Shown one piece after another: positions 18,150-28,413 of a stretch of DNA of 58,293 nucleotides; within the stretch, counting starts at the first letter, position 1, and every line of letters begins with the position of its first letter. This DNA comes from an uncultured Veillonella sp. (GTDB lineage Bacteria > Bacillota > Negativicutes > Veillonellales > Veillonellaceae): positions 1 to 58,293 of the forward strand of contig USAV01000001.1 of the NCBI GenBank assembly GCA_900552715.1, given 5' to 3'. Position numbers and translations under genes: made by a program. The notes under the pieces are model-generated. The model saw only the letters and a list, made by a program, of their open reading frames with translations. It did not search any database and was not told where the DNA came from.

Positions 18150-18680
18150 ATGAATAAACGTATTAAATCTTTAGTATTAGGTGCATCTTTAGTAGCTTCC
18201 ATGGCTATTTTAGGTGGTTGTGGTTCTAATAATGTTGGTTACGTTGATAGCGTGAAAGTAGCAAATAGTACTGAAAAAGGTATTGAAATTACTAAAGAAA
18301 TTAACGCTAAAAAAGCTGAGCTAGATGCTAAAATCGCCGCTGCTGATGAAGCATCTAAACAAAATGTATTTAACCAAGCTAATCAAGAATTAAATGCCTT
18401 TGCAAATGCAAAAGCTCAAGAATATCGTCAATATCAAGAACAAAAAGTTGGTGAACTTGTAAAAGAGAAAAAACTTGATGTAGTTATTGAAAAAGGTGCT
18501 GTTGTAGGTGGCGGTTCTGATGTAACTGACGACTTGATCGCTAAAATGGGTAAAGCTTCTGATGACCAAATTAAGGAAGCTGAAAATGCAGCTAAAGCGC
18601 AAGAACAACAAGATTCGCAACAAAATGCTCAACAATCTGGTCAAGCTACAGCAGTTAATACTGAAGAAAGTGCACAATAA
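18150..18680 (+). CDS. Skp/OmpH family lipoprotein 3
   Basis: Lipobox-like LGGC, VGYVD, LDVVIEKGAVVGGGSDVTD. Confidence 0.8.
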   Translation: MNKRIKSLVLGASLVASMAILGGCGSNNVGYVDSVKVANSTEKGIEITKEINAKKAELDAKIAAADEASKQNVFNQANQELNAFANAKAQEYRQYQEQKVGELVKEKKLDVVIEKGAVVGGGSDVTDDLIAKMGKASDDQIKEAENAAKAQEQQDSQQNAQQSGQATAVNTEESAQ

Positions 18681-18711
18681 TTAAGAATTATCACAGGGGG
18701 AGGAGTTTACC

Positions 18712-19743
18712 TTGGAAAAAACTTTACAGGAACTCGCAACATTAGTAGGCGGTCGTGTTGTAGGTGATGGCTCTATTGTTATTACTGAAACACGTAGCTT
18801 TGAACAAGCAGTAAAACAATCCATAACTTTTGCAGTAGGTGAATATGTTGAACATATTGCGTTATGCCAAGCGGGTGCTGTGATCGTTGAATCTGAAGTG
18901 AAAGATGCACCGATGGCACAAATCGTAGTCGATAATGCAAAAGCAGCATTTGCACAAGTATTAGAACTCTTCCATCCACCTGTTGTTGTTCCTAGAGAAG
19001 TGCATAGCACAGCTATTATTGGTAACAATGTAACAATTGGCAAAAATGTTGCTATTGGTGCCTATTGTGTTATTAATGATAATGCAGTCATTGGTGATGA
19101 TGTAACAATTCGTCCATATGTTTATATTGGGCACAATGTGCGTATTGGTGAAGGTTCTGATATTTACGCTGGCGCTATTGTTCATGAAAATTGTATTTTA
19201 GGCAAACGCGTTGTATTACGTGCTAAAGCAGTAATTGGTGGTGAAGGCTTCGGTTTTGCTACAGAAAATGGTGTACATACACATATACCACAAGTTGGTA
19301 ATGTTATTCTTGAAGATGATGTTGAAGTTGGTTCTTGTACAACTATCGACAATGCTACAATGGGCTCTACTTTAGTACGTCGTGGTACGAAGATTGACAA
19401 TCTTGTTCATCTTGGTCACAATGTTGAGATTGGTGAAGATTGCTTCCTAATCGCTCAGGTTGGTATTGCCGGAAGTACTAAATGTGGTAATCATGTTATC
19501 TTTGCTGGACAAACTGGTTGTACTGGTCATATTACGATTGGTGATAATGTACAATTTGCTGGTAAAACTGGTATTACAGGTAATGTACCATCCAACTCTA
19601 TTATGGCAGGCTATCCAATGAGACCTCATAAAGAATGGTTAAAATTGGCTGCTTATGAAAATCGTTTGCCAGATATGGTGAAAACTGTAAAACAATTACA
19701 AAAAGAAATTGACGCTTTGAAAGCACAGCTTAAGGAGAGCTAA
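18712..19743 (+). CDS. lpxD: UDP-3-O-acylglucosamine N-acyltransferase (TTG start)
   Basis: Hexapeptide repeats, IGGEGFGF, TKIDNLVHLGHNV. Confidence 0.95.
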   Translation: MEKTLQELATLVGGRVVGDGSIVITETRSFEQAVKQSITFAVGEYVEHIALCQAGAVIVESEVKDAPMAQIVVDNAKAAFAQVLELFHPPVVVPREVHSTAIIGNNVTIGKNVAIGAYCVINDNAVIGDDVTIRPYVYIGHNVRIGEGSDIYAGAIVHENCILGKRVVLRAKAVIGGEGFGFATENGVHTHIPQVGNVILEDDVEVGSCTTIDNATMGSTLVRRGTKIDNLVHLGHNVEIGEDCFLIAQVGIAGSTKCGNHVIFAGQTGCTGHITIGDNVQFAGKTGITGNVPSNSIMAGYPMRPHKEWLKLAAYENRLPDMVKTVKQLQKEIDALKAQLKES

Positions 19744-19749
19744 TAATCC

Positions 19750-20652
19750 ATGTATAGGTTTATGAAAATCTTTAGTGCCTTTATTTGCTTATTACCTAAA
19801 GGTTTGCAATATGCTATTGGTACATTGCTTGGTGAAATTGCGTGGCTAGCGGTGCCGCCTAAACGCAAGCGCCTAGCAATCGGCCAAATTCTATTCTGTA
19901 ATATTACAGATGATCCAAAAGAAGCTCGACGTATTGCGAAAGCTAGTACTACACGCTTTGGTCGCATGATTATTGATGTATTACGCTATCCAGAGATTAA
20001 GGATGGCGCATACAAAGATATGGTGGAGTTTATTAATCGAGAGTACTTAGATGATGCCTTGGAAAATGGTCGAGGTGCAATCTTAGCCGCTGTTCACAGT
20101 GGTAACTGGGAACTCCTTGGCGGTGTTCTTGCTTCGGAAGGGTATCCGTTGATTTCTGTGGCAATGAAACAGAATGGTGATGCGGACAAGTTTATCAATG
20201 AATATCGTCGTATCATGCACCAACATGTAACCTATAAAACTGGTGTGCGAGAAATGATCAATGAACTTAAAAAAGGTGCTTTTTTAGGCCTTATCATGGA
20301 TCAGGATCCTGGCGATGATGGTGTACTTGTTCCCTTCTTTGGTTATGAAACTTTGACGGCTGCAGGTCCGGCTGTATTAGCTCGTATGCAAGATGTACCA
20401 ATCATTTTTGTGACTATACATTATAGTCCGTTTTCTGAAAAATATGAGATTGAGGTACATCCGCCAATTTATGTGGAACGTACAGATGATAAAAAGCGTG
20501 ATATAGCGGTTACCACAACTCTTTTAAATGAGTTTATTGAGGATTATATTCGTCGATATCCTGAAGATTGGTTCTGGCTTCACAATCGTTGGAAGTGGAC
20601 ACGTCGTTTCTATGGCGAACAAATTGAAACACCTCCAGATGTATTTCACTAG
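19750..20652 (+). CDS. Lipid A late (lauroyl/LpxL-family) acyltransferase 1
   Basis: HSGNWE, MDQD, VPFFG, PEDWFWLHNRWK. Confidence 0.9.
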   Translation: MYRFMKIFSAFICLLPKGLQYAIGTLLGEIAWLAVPPKRKRLAIGQILFCNITDDPKEARRIAKASTTRFGRMIIDVLRYPEIKDGAYKDMVEFINREYLDDALENGRGAILAAVHSGNWELLGGVLASEGYPLISVAMKQNGDADKFINEYRRIMHQHVTYKTGVREMINELKKGAFLGLIMDQDPGDDGVLVPFFGYETLTAAGPAVLARMQDVPIIFVTIHYSPFSEKYEIEVHPPIYVERTDDKKRDIAVTTTLLNEFIEDYIRRYPEDWFWLHNRWKWTRRFYGEQIETPPDVFH

Positions 20653-20661
20653 TTAATAAAT

Positions 20662-20746
20662 ATAAAGAGATTTTACATGCCTACTTATGTAGTATTGATT
20701 TAAATACCGCATAAATTAAGTATCGTAAAGTCTCTTTTATTTTTTA
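20662..20746 (+). terminator. Long imperfect hairpin / terminator after acyltransferase 1
   Basis: TAAAGAGATTTTAC...GTAAAGTCTCTTTTA with an inner TTATGT-AGTATT/AATACC-GCATAA stem, then a T-run. Confidence 0.6.
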
Positions 20747-20836
20747 TGGTGTATAATACAGTATTTATAATTAAATTTATATAAATTTAATTATGTGAAA
20801 AATGCTTTCAAAATCACTGAATATATGGTAAATTTC

Positions 20837-20865
20837 TTGTATCACCTATGCAAATAGGGTATAAT
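20837..20865 (+). promoter_or_regulatory. Sigma-A type promoter for lpxC-fabZ-lpxA
   Basis: TTGTAT-17 bp-TATAAT. Confidence 0.6.
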
Positions 20866-20915
20866 ACATATTGGTGTATAGTAAACGTGAATTCAGATTA
20901 TGAAAGGACTTTCTT

Positions 20916-21755
20916 ATGAGTAAGCCACAACAAACAATTAAACAGGCTGTTTCATATCAAGGGATTGGCCTTCATAGCGGTGAACCAGTAAATATGGTTT
21001 TTAAACCTGCACCTGAAAATACAGGAATTGTGTTTGTCCGCACGGACATTGAAGGTCATCCTTCTGTGCGAGCACACATTGATAATGTGACGAACACTAT
21101 GCGCGCTACTACATTGGAAAATGGTGAAGCGAAGGTTTTCACTGTAGAACATGTGATGGCTGCGTTCAGTGCTATGAATATTGATAACTGTTATATCGAG
21201 ATGGATTCTCCTGAACCTCCTGTAGGTGATGGCAGTAGTGCAGTTTTTATAGGTCTCATAGAAGAGGCAGGCATTCAAGAACAAACAGCGCCACGTCAAG
21301 TATATAAAGTGACACGTTCTCACGCTATATATGATGGTGATCGTTTTGTAGTTATTTTGCCATATGATGGCTATCGCATTACATTTACATCGATTAACAG
21401 CCATCCGTTACTTGGTACGCAACATTGTGATTTTGAAGTTTCGCCAGAATACTTTAAAGAACACATCAGTGCTGCTAGAACTATCGGATTTATGAAGGAA
21501 TTAGAACAATTACAGGCTATGGGCCTTGCAAAAGGTGGTAACCTTGATAATGCTTTAGTTTATGATGATGAGAAGTGTTTGTCTGTACCTCGCTTTGACG
21601 ACGAATTAGTTCGTCACAAAGCATTAGATGTAATGGGCGACTTATTCTTATTGGGACCAATTGAAGGTCATGTAATTGCTTTAAAATCGAGTCATGAATT
21701 AAATTCAAGATTGGCTCGCAGTATAATGGAAGAAATAAGGGAGACACAGCCATGA
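20916..21755 (+). CDS. lpxC: UDP-3-O-acyl-GlcNAc deacetylase
   Basis: GIGLHSG, TVEH, EPPVGDGS, RHKALD. Confidence 0.97.
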   Translation: MSKPQQTIKQAVSYQGIGLHSGEPVNMVFKPAPENTGIVFVRTDIEGHPSVRAHIDNVTNTMRATTLENGEAKVFTVEHVMAAFSAMNIDNCYIEMDSPEPPVGDGSSAVFIGLIEEAGIQEQTAPRQVYKVTRSHAIYDGDRFVVILPYDGYRITFTSINSHPLLGTQHCDFEVSPEYFKEHISAARTIGFMKELEQLQAMGLAKGGNLDNALVYDDEKCLSVPRFDDELVRHKALDVMGDLFLLGPIEGHVIALKSSHELNSRLARSIMEEIRETQP

Positions 21756-22177
21756 TTCTTAATCACGAAGACATTTTAGAAATTTTACCTCATCGTTATC
21801 CTATGCTTTTGGTAGATCGCATCGTTGAGTTAGAACCAATGAAACGTGCTGTGGGCATTAAAAATGCTACATTCAACGAATTGTTCTTCCAAGGACACTT
21901 CCCAGGTAATCCAGTAATGCCAGGTGTACTATTGACTGAGGCTATTGCTCAAGTTGGTGGTATTGCATTACTATATCCTGAAGAAAATCGCGGTCTTACA
22001 CCTATGTTTACAGGTATTGATAAAGTACGTTTCCGTCACCCTGTAAAACCTGGTGACCAAGTGCGCATGGAAGTGGATATTGTTAAAATCAAAGGTAAAA
22101 TGGGTAAGGTTGAAGGCCGTGCCTATGTTGGCGACAAATTGTGCGCTAGCGGTGAATACATGTTTGCCCTTGTATAA
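21752..22177 (+). CDS. fabZ: 3-hydroxyacyl-ACP dehydratase
   Basis: LPHRYPMLLVDR, FFQGHFPGNPVMPGV. Confidence 0.97.
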   Translation: MILNHEDILEILPHRYPMLLVDRIVELEPMKRAVGIKNATFNELFFQGHFPGNPVMPGVLLTEAIAQVGGIALLYPEENRGLTPMFTGIDKVRFRHPVKPGDQVRMEVDIVKIKGKMGKVEGRAYVGDKLCASGEYMFALV

Positions 22178-22196
22178 TGATTGAGGAGTGATTGTA

Positions 22197-23009
22197 GTGA
22201 TAGTTGTAGGCATGGAAAATGCAGAATCCAACATCCATAGTACAGCCATAGTCCATCCAAATGCTAAATTGGGCAAAGATGTAATCGTAGGTCCTGGCGC
22301 TGTAATCGGCGAACACGTCGAGATTGGCGATGGCACACAAATCGGTGCACATGTTGTAATTGGTGGTTGGACAACCATTGGTAAGCGTTGCGAGATTTAT
22401 CCTAACGCATCTATTGGGTTGGAACCGCAAGATTTAAAATTTAAAGGCGAAAAAAGCTATTGTAATATTGGCGATGAAACGGTTATCCGTGAATTCGTAA
22501 CTATTAGCCGCGCTACTGGAGAAGGTGAAGAAACACGTGTGGGCAATAATTGCTTGCTTCAAGCATGTACACATGTGGCTCATAACTGTATCGTTGGCAA
22601 TAATGTAATTATGAGTAACTGTGCAGGTCTTGCTGGTCACGCTATCGTTGAAGATCGCGTAGTTATTGGTGGCCTTGCAGGTATCCATCAGTTTGTTAAA
22701 ATTGGTCGTAATGCAATGGTTGGCGGTATGGCAAAGGTGGTTCAAGATATTCCACCATATGTCATTGCTGATGGTCAACCAGCGCGTGTTATTGGCCTTA
22801 ACTCTGTTGGTTTGTCTCGTGCGGGCATTTCAGAAGAGGTACGCCGAGATTTAAAACAAGCATTCCGTATTATTTATCGTTCTGGCTTTAGTTTATCTAA
22901 GGCTATTGAAGAAATGGAAATGCAACTTGATTCTTCTGTAGAAATTGAAAATTTATTACGCTTCTTACGCAATGCCGATCGTGGTATTATGCGTACACGT
23001 CGCGACTAA
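22197..23009 (+). CDS. lpxA: UDP-GlcNAc O-acyltransferase (start GTG 22197 or ATG 22212)
   Basis: IHSTAIV, PQDLKF, HVAHNC, IHQFV, GLNSVGL. RBS GAGGAG at 22183-22188. Confidence 0.96.
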   Translation: MIVVGMENAESNIHSTAIVHPNAKLGKDVIVGPGAVIGEHVEIGDGTQIGAHVVIGGWTTIGKRCEIYPNASIGLEPQDLKFKGEKSYCNIGDETVIREFVTISRATGEGEETRVGNNCLLQACTHVAHNCIVGNNVIMSNCAGLAGHAIVEDRVVIGGLAGIHQFVKIGRNAMVGGMAKVVQDIPPYVIADGQPARVIGLNSVGLSRAGISEEVRRDLKQAFRIIYRSGFSLSKAIEEMEMQLDSSVEIENLLRFLRNADRGIMRTRRD

Positions 23010-23012
23010 TTC

Positions 23013-23044
23013 AAAAGACCTCGTATAATGTACGAGGTCTTTTT
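23013..23044 (+). terminator. Intrinsic terminator after lpxA
   Basis: AAAAGACCTCGTA-TAATG-TACGAGGTCTTTTT. Confidence 0.85.
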
Positions 23045-23348
23045 ATGTACTTTATAAATATCATGCTTTCAATGGGATATGAAATCTATAACATTAGGTC
23101 ATACATATAAAATATTTTGATAAAATATTTGAAGTTTTTTTACGTTCATAAGACGTAAAAAGAGGAATGAAAAAATTCTACTAAAATGTTGAAGAAATAG
23201 GCATAAAACATGGTATTTTAATGGTAAAAAGTGCCTATTTATAGTACAATATATTGTATATGATTATGTCTTTTTTGAGGCATTAAGTATTGTAAATTTG
23301 TAATCACTCATTGATATATAGGCCGTAGGTCATCTAGGAGGTATAGTC

Positions 23349-24185
23349 TTGGCAAAGGTAGGATTGATTGCAGGCATTGGTGTTTTGCCTGTAGAATTCA
23401 TGCGCGCTGCTCATGTATTAGGTCATGAGGTAGTGGTTATCGGTGTAGTTCCAGATGTAGACCCGGCTTTAAAGGCTGAGGCTGATGCCTTCTATGATAT
23501 TGGTGTTGCCAAATTAGGTAAGATTTTTAAAACCTTGAAAAAAGAAGGCGTTGAAGAATTAACTATGTTAGGTAAAGTGACTAAGGAAATTCTCTTCAAA
23601 GGTCTTACATTCCCTGATTTAAAAACATTAGGTGTTCTTAAACGCCTTAAAAATCGTAAAGATGATACGATCATGCTCGCTATCGTAGATGAAATCGAAC
23701 GAGAAGGGTTTAAAGTGTTAGATCAAACTGTATACCTTAAACCATTTATGCCAAAGGTGGGGGTGCTTTCAAAAACACAGCCTACTGATGAACAATGGGC
23801 AGATATTTGCTTTGGCTTTGAACTAGCTAAGCAAATGGGTGGACTTGATATTGGTCAAACAGTAGTTGTAAAACATAAAGCGGCTATGGCTATTGAAGCT
23901 ATTGAGGGCACTGATAAGTGTATTTTGCGTGGCGGTGAATTAGGCCGTGGCGATGCGGTTGTCGTTAAAACGGAAAAGCCAAATCAAGATGTTCGTTTTG
24001 ATGTTCCTGCTGTAGGGATAAAAACATTAATGTCCATGATTGATAGTGGCTGTAAAGTCCTTGCTGTAGAGGCTGAAAAGACTATTTTTGTTCAACAACA
24101 AGATGTACTAGATTTGGCAAACCGTCATGGTATTGTTATCTGTGCTGTTGACCAAGAGTTTGTAGATTCCAGAAAGGATGCATAA
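23349..24185 (+). CDS. lpxI: UDP-2,3-diacylglucosamine hydrolase LpxI (TTG start)
   Basis: GLIAG, LDIGQTVVV, AIEAIEGTD, KPNQDVRFDVPAVG. Confidence 0.93.
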   Translation: MAKVGLIAGIGVLPVEFMRAAHVLGHEVVVIGVVPDVDPALKAEADAFYDIGVAKLGKIFKTLKKEGVEELTMLGKVTKEILFKGLTFPDLKTLGVLKRLKNRKDDTIMLAIVDEIEREGFKVLDQTVYLKPFMPKVGVLSKTQPTDEQWADICFGFELAKQMGGLDIGQTVVVKHKAAMAIEAIEGTDKCILRGGELGRGDAVVVKTEKPNQDVRFDVPAVGIKTLMSMIDSGCKVLAVEAEKTIFVQQQDVLDLANRHGIVICAVDQEFVDSRKDA

Positions 24186-25327
24186 TGAAAGTCATGTTTT
24201 CTGCCGGTGAAGCATCCGGTGATACTCATGCAGCCAGTGTTGCTAATGCACTGAAAGAAATAGATCCTTCGGTTGACATGTTTGGCATGGGCGGTACCTT
24301 GATGGAACGCGCTGGTGTTCGCATCGTATATGATATTAAAAATTTAGGCGTTATTGGGATTGTAGAGATTGTAAAATCACTACCGAAATTCTTTAAACTT
24401 CGCACCTACTTAAAACGTGTCATGATGAAGGAAAAACCAGATATTCTAGTTTGTGTAGATTACCCTGGTTTTAATATGAAACTAGCAGCTGTAGCTCATG
24501 AATTGGGAATTCCCGTTCTCTATTACATTGCTCCTACGATTTGGGCATGGCATAGTAGCCGTGGCAATACAATTCGCAAGTATGTCACTAAGGTAGCATC
24601 TATCTTTCCTTTTGAAGCTGAAGCGTATCGTAAATATAAATGCGATGTAGAATTTGTAGGCCATCCACTATTGGATATCGTACATCCTACGATGAGCAAA
24701 GAAGAGGCTGAGGAATATTTTGGAGCTCGTAAAGATGCTAAAAAAGTATTGCTCATGCCAGGTAGCCGTAAGCAAGAGGTGCTATCCTTGCTAGATACGA
24801 TGTTAAAAAGTGGGGAGCAATTGATGGCGAACCATGAGGATATTCAATTCTTCTTGCCTCGCGCACATACCATCGATCGTAGTGAATTAGAAACTTTCAT
24901 CGATGCTCACAAAGTTCCGGTGACGATTACAGAAGATCATACCTATGATTTGATGCAGATTTGTGATGTGTGTCTCGCCGCATCAGGTACAGCTACATTA
25001 GAAACAGCTATGATGGAGTTACCGACTGTTTTATTGTATCGAGTATCTCCAATTACATATGGCATTGGTAAGATGGTCGTCAATGTGACGCATGTAGGTT
25101 TGCCAAACATTGTAGCTGGCAAAGAAGTAATTCCTGAGTTATTACAAGATGCAGTGACACCTGAGGCTATTGTATCCCTTGTGGAACCTCTTCTAACTGA
25201 TGTTGAGCGCAATGAAGCGATGCGTAGCGAATTGCGTGAAGTACATCATAAATTAGGTGAACCAGGTGCTGTAAAGCGTGTAGCAGAACTGGTATATAAC
25301 CTCGGTAAGGAGAAATGTAATGAATAG
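24185..25327 (+). CDS. lpxB: Lipid-A-disaccharide synthase
   Basis: AGEASGD, VDYPGFN, PTIWAW, FVGHP, PGSR, SGTATLE. Confidence 0.97.
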   Translation: MKVMFSAGEASGDTHAASVANALKEIDPSVDMFGMGGTLMERAGVRIVYDIKNLGVIGIVEIVKSLPKFFKLRTYLKRVMMKEKPDILVCVDYPGFNMKLAAVAHELGIPVLYYIAPTIWAWHSSRGNTIRKYVTKVASIFPFEAEAYRKYKCDVEFVGHPLLDIVHPTMSKEEAEEYFGARKDAKKVLLMPGSRKQEVLSLLDTMLKSGEQLMANHEDIQFFLPRAHTIDRSELETFIDAHKVPVTITEDHTYDLMQICDVCLAASGTATLETAMMELPTVLLYRVSPITYGIGKMVVNVTHVGLPNIVAGKEVIPELLQDAVTPEAIVSLVEPLLTDVERNEAMRSELREVHHKLGEPGAVKRVAELVYNLGKEKCNE

Positions 25328-27050
25328 TTATTCTAGGCTCTTATATTTTGTAAAGCCTTATTATAAGCGCATGATTTTTGCAGTGTTCTGCATGATCGTC
25401 GCAGCTGCGGCATACTTGGTAGTGCCTTGGCTTATTAAAAATGTAGTAGACCAAGTATTAGATGAAAAGAATATGTTCATGTTGAACCTCATTGTAGGGG
25501 CTATCATTCTTATATTCTTAATTCGTGGTTTCGCTACGTATGGTCAAACCTATAATATGTCTTACATTGGTCAGCGTGTCATCATCGATGTACGGGAGGC
25601 CATCTTTAATCATCTACAAAAATTAAGCTTATCTTATTTTGATCGCCGTAAGACTGGCGTTATCATGAGTAATCTTACCAATGACGTTGCGGCGCTTCAG
25701 TCTGCTGTAGTGGATAACTTAATTTCCTTTATTACGGAATCTGTAACACTGATAGGTTCTCTCGTGTCTATGCTTCTCATTGATTGGAAATTGACACTTG
25801 TTACCTTCATTACGGTTCCTGTAGTGCTTGTGATTATAAATGTATTTGGTAAAAAGCTTCGTGTAGCAGGTCATGATGTACAAGGCCGTGTGGCTGACAT
25901 TACAGCACTTTTACAAGAGGTAATCAGCGCTATTCGAGTAGTGAAATCATTCGCTCGTGAAGATTTTGAACGGAAGCGTTTTGAAGATGAAAATGATCGC
26001 AACTTTAAAGCTGTTATTAAAGCTACTAAGTTGACTAGCTTGTTAAGTCCAATGGTTGAGTTTTCTGCGGCCATTGCAGTAGCAGTCATCCTTTGGTATG
26101 GTGGCTATTCTGTAGTAACAGGGACTATTACAGCAGGTTCTTTGATTGCGTTCTTAATTTATGCAATCAACTTGTCAAACCCAGTTAAACGCTTGAGCCA
26201 AGTGTACGGCAATATTCAAAAAGCATTGGCTGCAGCTGATCGTGTATTTGAAATCTTGGATACTAAAACTGACGTTGTGGAAAAACCTGATGCTATTACG
26301 TTGCCATCTATTAAAGGCAATGTAGAATTTAAAGATGTTTCATTCTCTTATGATGGTGAAAAAACAGCGCTCGAAAACTTTACTTTGTCTGTTAAGGCGG
26401 GTGAAAGCGTAGCTCTTGTTGGTCCATCTGGGGCTGGTAAAACGACTCTAGCAAATTTGTTACCTCGCTTCTACGATGTAACGGGGGGCGCTATCACGAT
26501 TGATGGTTATGACGTAAAAGACGTTACATTTAAATCGTTACGTGAACAAATCGGGCTTGTACCACAAGAAACTGTGTTGTTTAATGCCACAATTAAAGAG
26601 AATATCTTGTATGGTCGATTAGATGCTACTGATGAAGAAGTATATGAAGCTGCTAAGGCTGCTAATGTTCTAGAATTCGTAGAAAAGATGCCTGATGGTC
26701 TCGACACAGTAGTGGGCGAGCGAGGAAGCTCCTTATCTGGCGGCCAACGTCAACGTGTGGCTATCGCACGTGCTATTTTGAAAGACCCTCGTATTCTAAT
26801 TCTAGATGAAGCGACATCTGCATTAGATACAGAGAGTGAAAAGCTTGTACAAGAGGCGTTAGATCGTCTTATGAAAGGGCGTACTGCATTTGTTATTGCC
26901 CATCGATTGAGCACAGTTCAAAATGCTCATCAAATTGTTGTACTTAATCAAGGCCACTTGGTAGAGCAGGGGACTCACCAAGAGCTATTAGCTGTTGATG
27001 GCGGATTGTACAATCATCTCTATTCCGTTCAATTCTCCAACAAAGGATAA
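25320..27050 (+). CDS. msbA: Lipid A flippase ABC transporter
   Basis: Fused TMD and NBD (GPSGAGKT, LSGGQRQR, DEATSALD) inside the lpx operon. Confidence 0.88.
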   Translation: MNSYSRLLYFVKPYYKRMIFAVFCMIVAAAAYLVVPWLIKNVVDQVLDEKNMFMLNLIVGAIILIFLIRGFATYGQTYNMSYIGQRVIIDVREAIFNHLQKLSLSYFDRRKTGVIMSNLTNDVAALQSAVVDNLISFITESVTLIGSLVSMLLIDWKLTLVTFITVPVVLVIINVFGKKLRVAGHDVQGRVADITALLQEVISAIRVVKSFAREDFERKRFEDENDRNFKAVIKATKLTSLLSPMVEFSAAIAVAVILWYGGYSVVTGTITAGSLIAFLIYAINLSNPVKRLSQVYGNIQKALAAADRVFEILDTKTDVVEKPDAITLPSIKGNVEFKDVSFSYDGEKTALENFTLSVKAGESVALVGPSGAGKTTLANLLPRFYDVTGGAITIDGYDVKDVTFKSLREQIGLVPQETVLFNATIKENILYGRLDATDEEVYEAAKAANVLEFVEKMPDGLDTVVGERGSSLSGGQRQRVAIARAILKDPRILILDEATSALDTESEKLVQEALDRLMKGRTAFVIAHRLSTVQNAHQIVVLNQGHLVEQGTHQELLAVDGGLYNHLYSVQFSNKG

Positions 27051-27052
27051 TC

Positions 27053-28357
27053 ATGTACTGGATATATAATGTATTGCTCATATTTTATTGGATTGGCTTG
27101 ATTCCGGTTATTCTATACCGCCTTGCCTTTGAAGATGGATTTTATGAGCGTATCAAACAGAGTGCAGGCTATATGCCAGCCTCGCTACTAAAGAAAATTG
27201 AAGGACGTCGTGCTATTTGGATTCATGCTGCTTCTGTAGGGGAAATTGTAGCAACTAGTCCATTAGTAAAGGAAGTAAAAAAGGAATTTCCTGAAGCGGT
27301 TGTTGTGGTGTCTGTTGTAACTGCAACAGGGCATGCAATGGCCCATCGTATCATTCCAGAGGCAGAAGGAATTATTTTCTTCCCTCTAGATTTACCGTAT
27401 TTGACGCGTAAGATTTTGCATATTATTAAACCGATTGCTATCTTGCTTGTAGAAACAGAAATTTGGCCTAACTTCTTGCGTATCGCTCAATCAGAAAATA
27501 TTCCTGTTATGATGGTTAATGGTCGTATTTCTGATCGTAGTATGAAACGCTATAAATATATTAGTGCGTTCACGAAAGAAATGTTGCGTTCCATTGAGCG
27601 TTTCTGTATGCAATCAAAATTCGATGCAGCTCATATTGAAGTATTAGGTGCACAAACATCTGATATTACCGTAACAGGTAATATGAAATATGACCAAACG
27701 TATGCTACTGTATCAGCTGAAGAAAAACAATCTCTACTTGAAGAGTTTGGCTTTGGTAATAATCATCCAATCATCATTGCTGGTAGTACGCATAAGGGTG
27801 AGGAAGAAACAATCTTTGAGACCTTTAAACAAGTCTTACAAGAATATCCTCAAGCTCGCTTGTTAATTGCACCTCGTGAGATATATCGCGGTCATGATGT
27901 TCAAACGTTAGCGAAACATTATGAATTGAATGCTATTTGTCGTAGTGATATGACAGAGCCAGTTCATGAAGGGATACCAGTAGTTGTTTTAGATACTATT
28001 GGTGAACTAGGTCGTTTATATAGCTTAGGGGATATTATTTTTGTAGGCGGCTCTCTTGTGAAGACTGGAGGCCATAATATTCTCGAGCCGGCAGCACATG
28101 GTAAACCAATTCTTGTAGGGCCATATATGTTTAATTTCAAAGAGATTTTCGCATTATTGAACTCTCGTCATGCCTGTGAACAAGTTAAGAATGGCAAAGA
28201 GTTAACCGCTATGGTGTTGCGCTTATGTAAAGACAAAGATTTGGCAACGGAAATGGGACAAAATTGTCTTGATATTATTCGTGAAAATCGCGGTGCAACA
28301 CAACGTAATACACAAGAGTTACGTCAACTCTTTAAAAAACACCATATTGTTCCATAA
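27053..28357 (+). CDS. waaA: Kdo transferase
   Basis: IWIHAASVGE, ETEIWPN, GSTH, GGHNILEPA. Confidence 0.96.
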   Translation: MYWIYNVLLIFYWIGLIPVILYRLAFEDGFYERIKQSAGYMPASLLKKIEGRRAIWIHAASVGEIVATSPLVKEVKKEFPEAVVVVSVVTATGHAMAHRIIPEAEGIIFFPLDLPYLTRKILHIIKPIAILLVETEIWPNFLRIAQSENIPVMMVNGRISDRSMKRYKYISAFTKEMLRSIERFCMQSKFDAAHIEVLGAQTSDITVTGNMKYDQTYATVSAEEKQSLLEEFGFGNNHPIIIAGSTHKGEEETIFETFKQVLQEYPQARLLIAPREIYRGHDVQTLAKHYELNAICRSDMTEPVHEGIPVVVLDTIGELGRLYSLGDIIFVGGSLVKTGGHNILEPAAHGKPILVGPYMFNFKEIFALLNSRHACEQVKNGKELTAMVLRLCKDKDLATEMGQNCLDIIRENRGATQRNTQELRQLFKKHHIVP

Positions 28358-28413
28358 GATCGATATGATTTATTAGATTCATCTATGATATTACATAATA
28401 GGAGGAGTCACCT

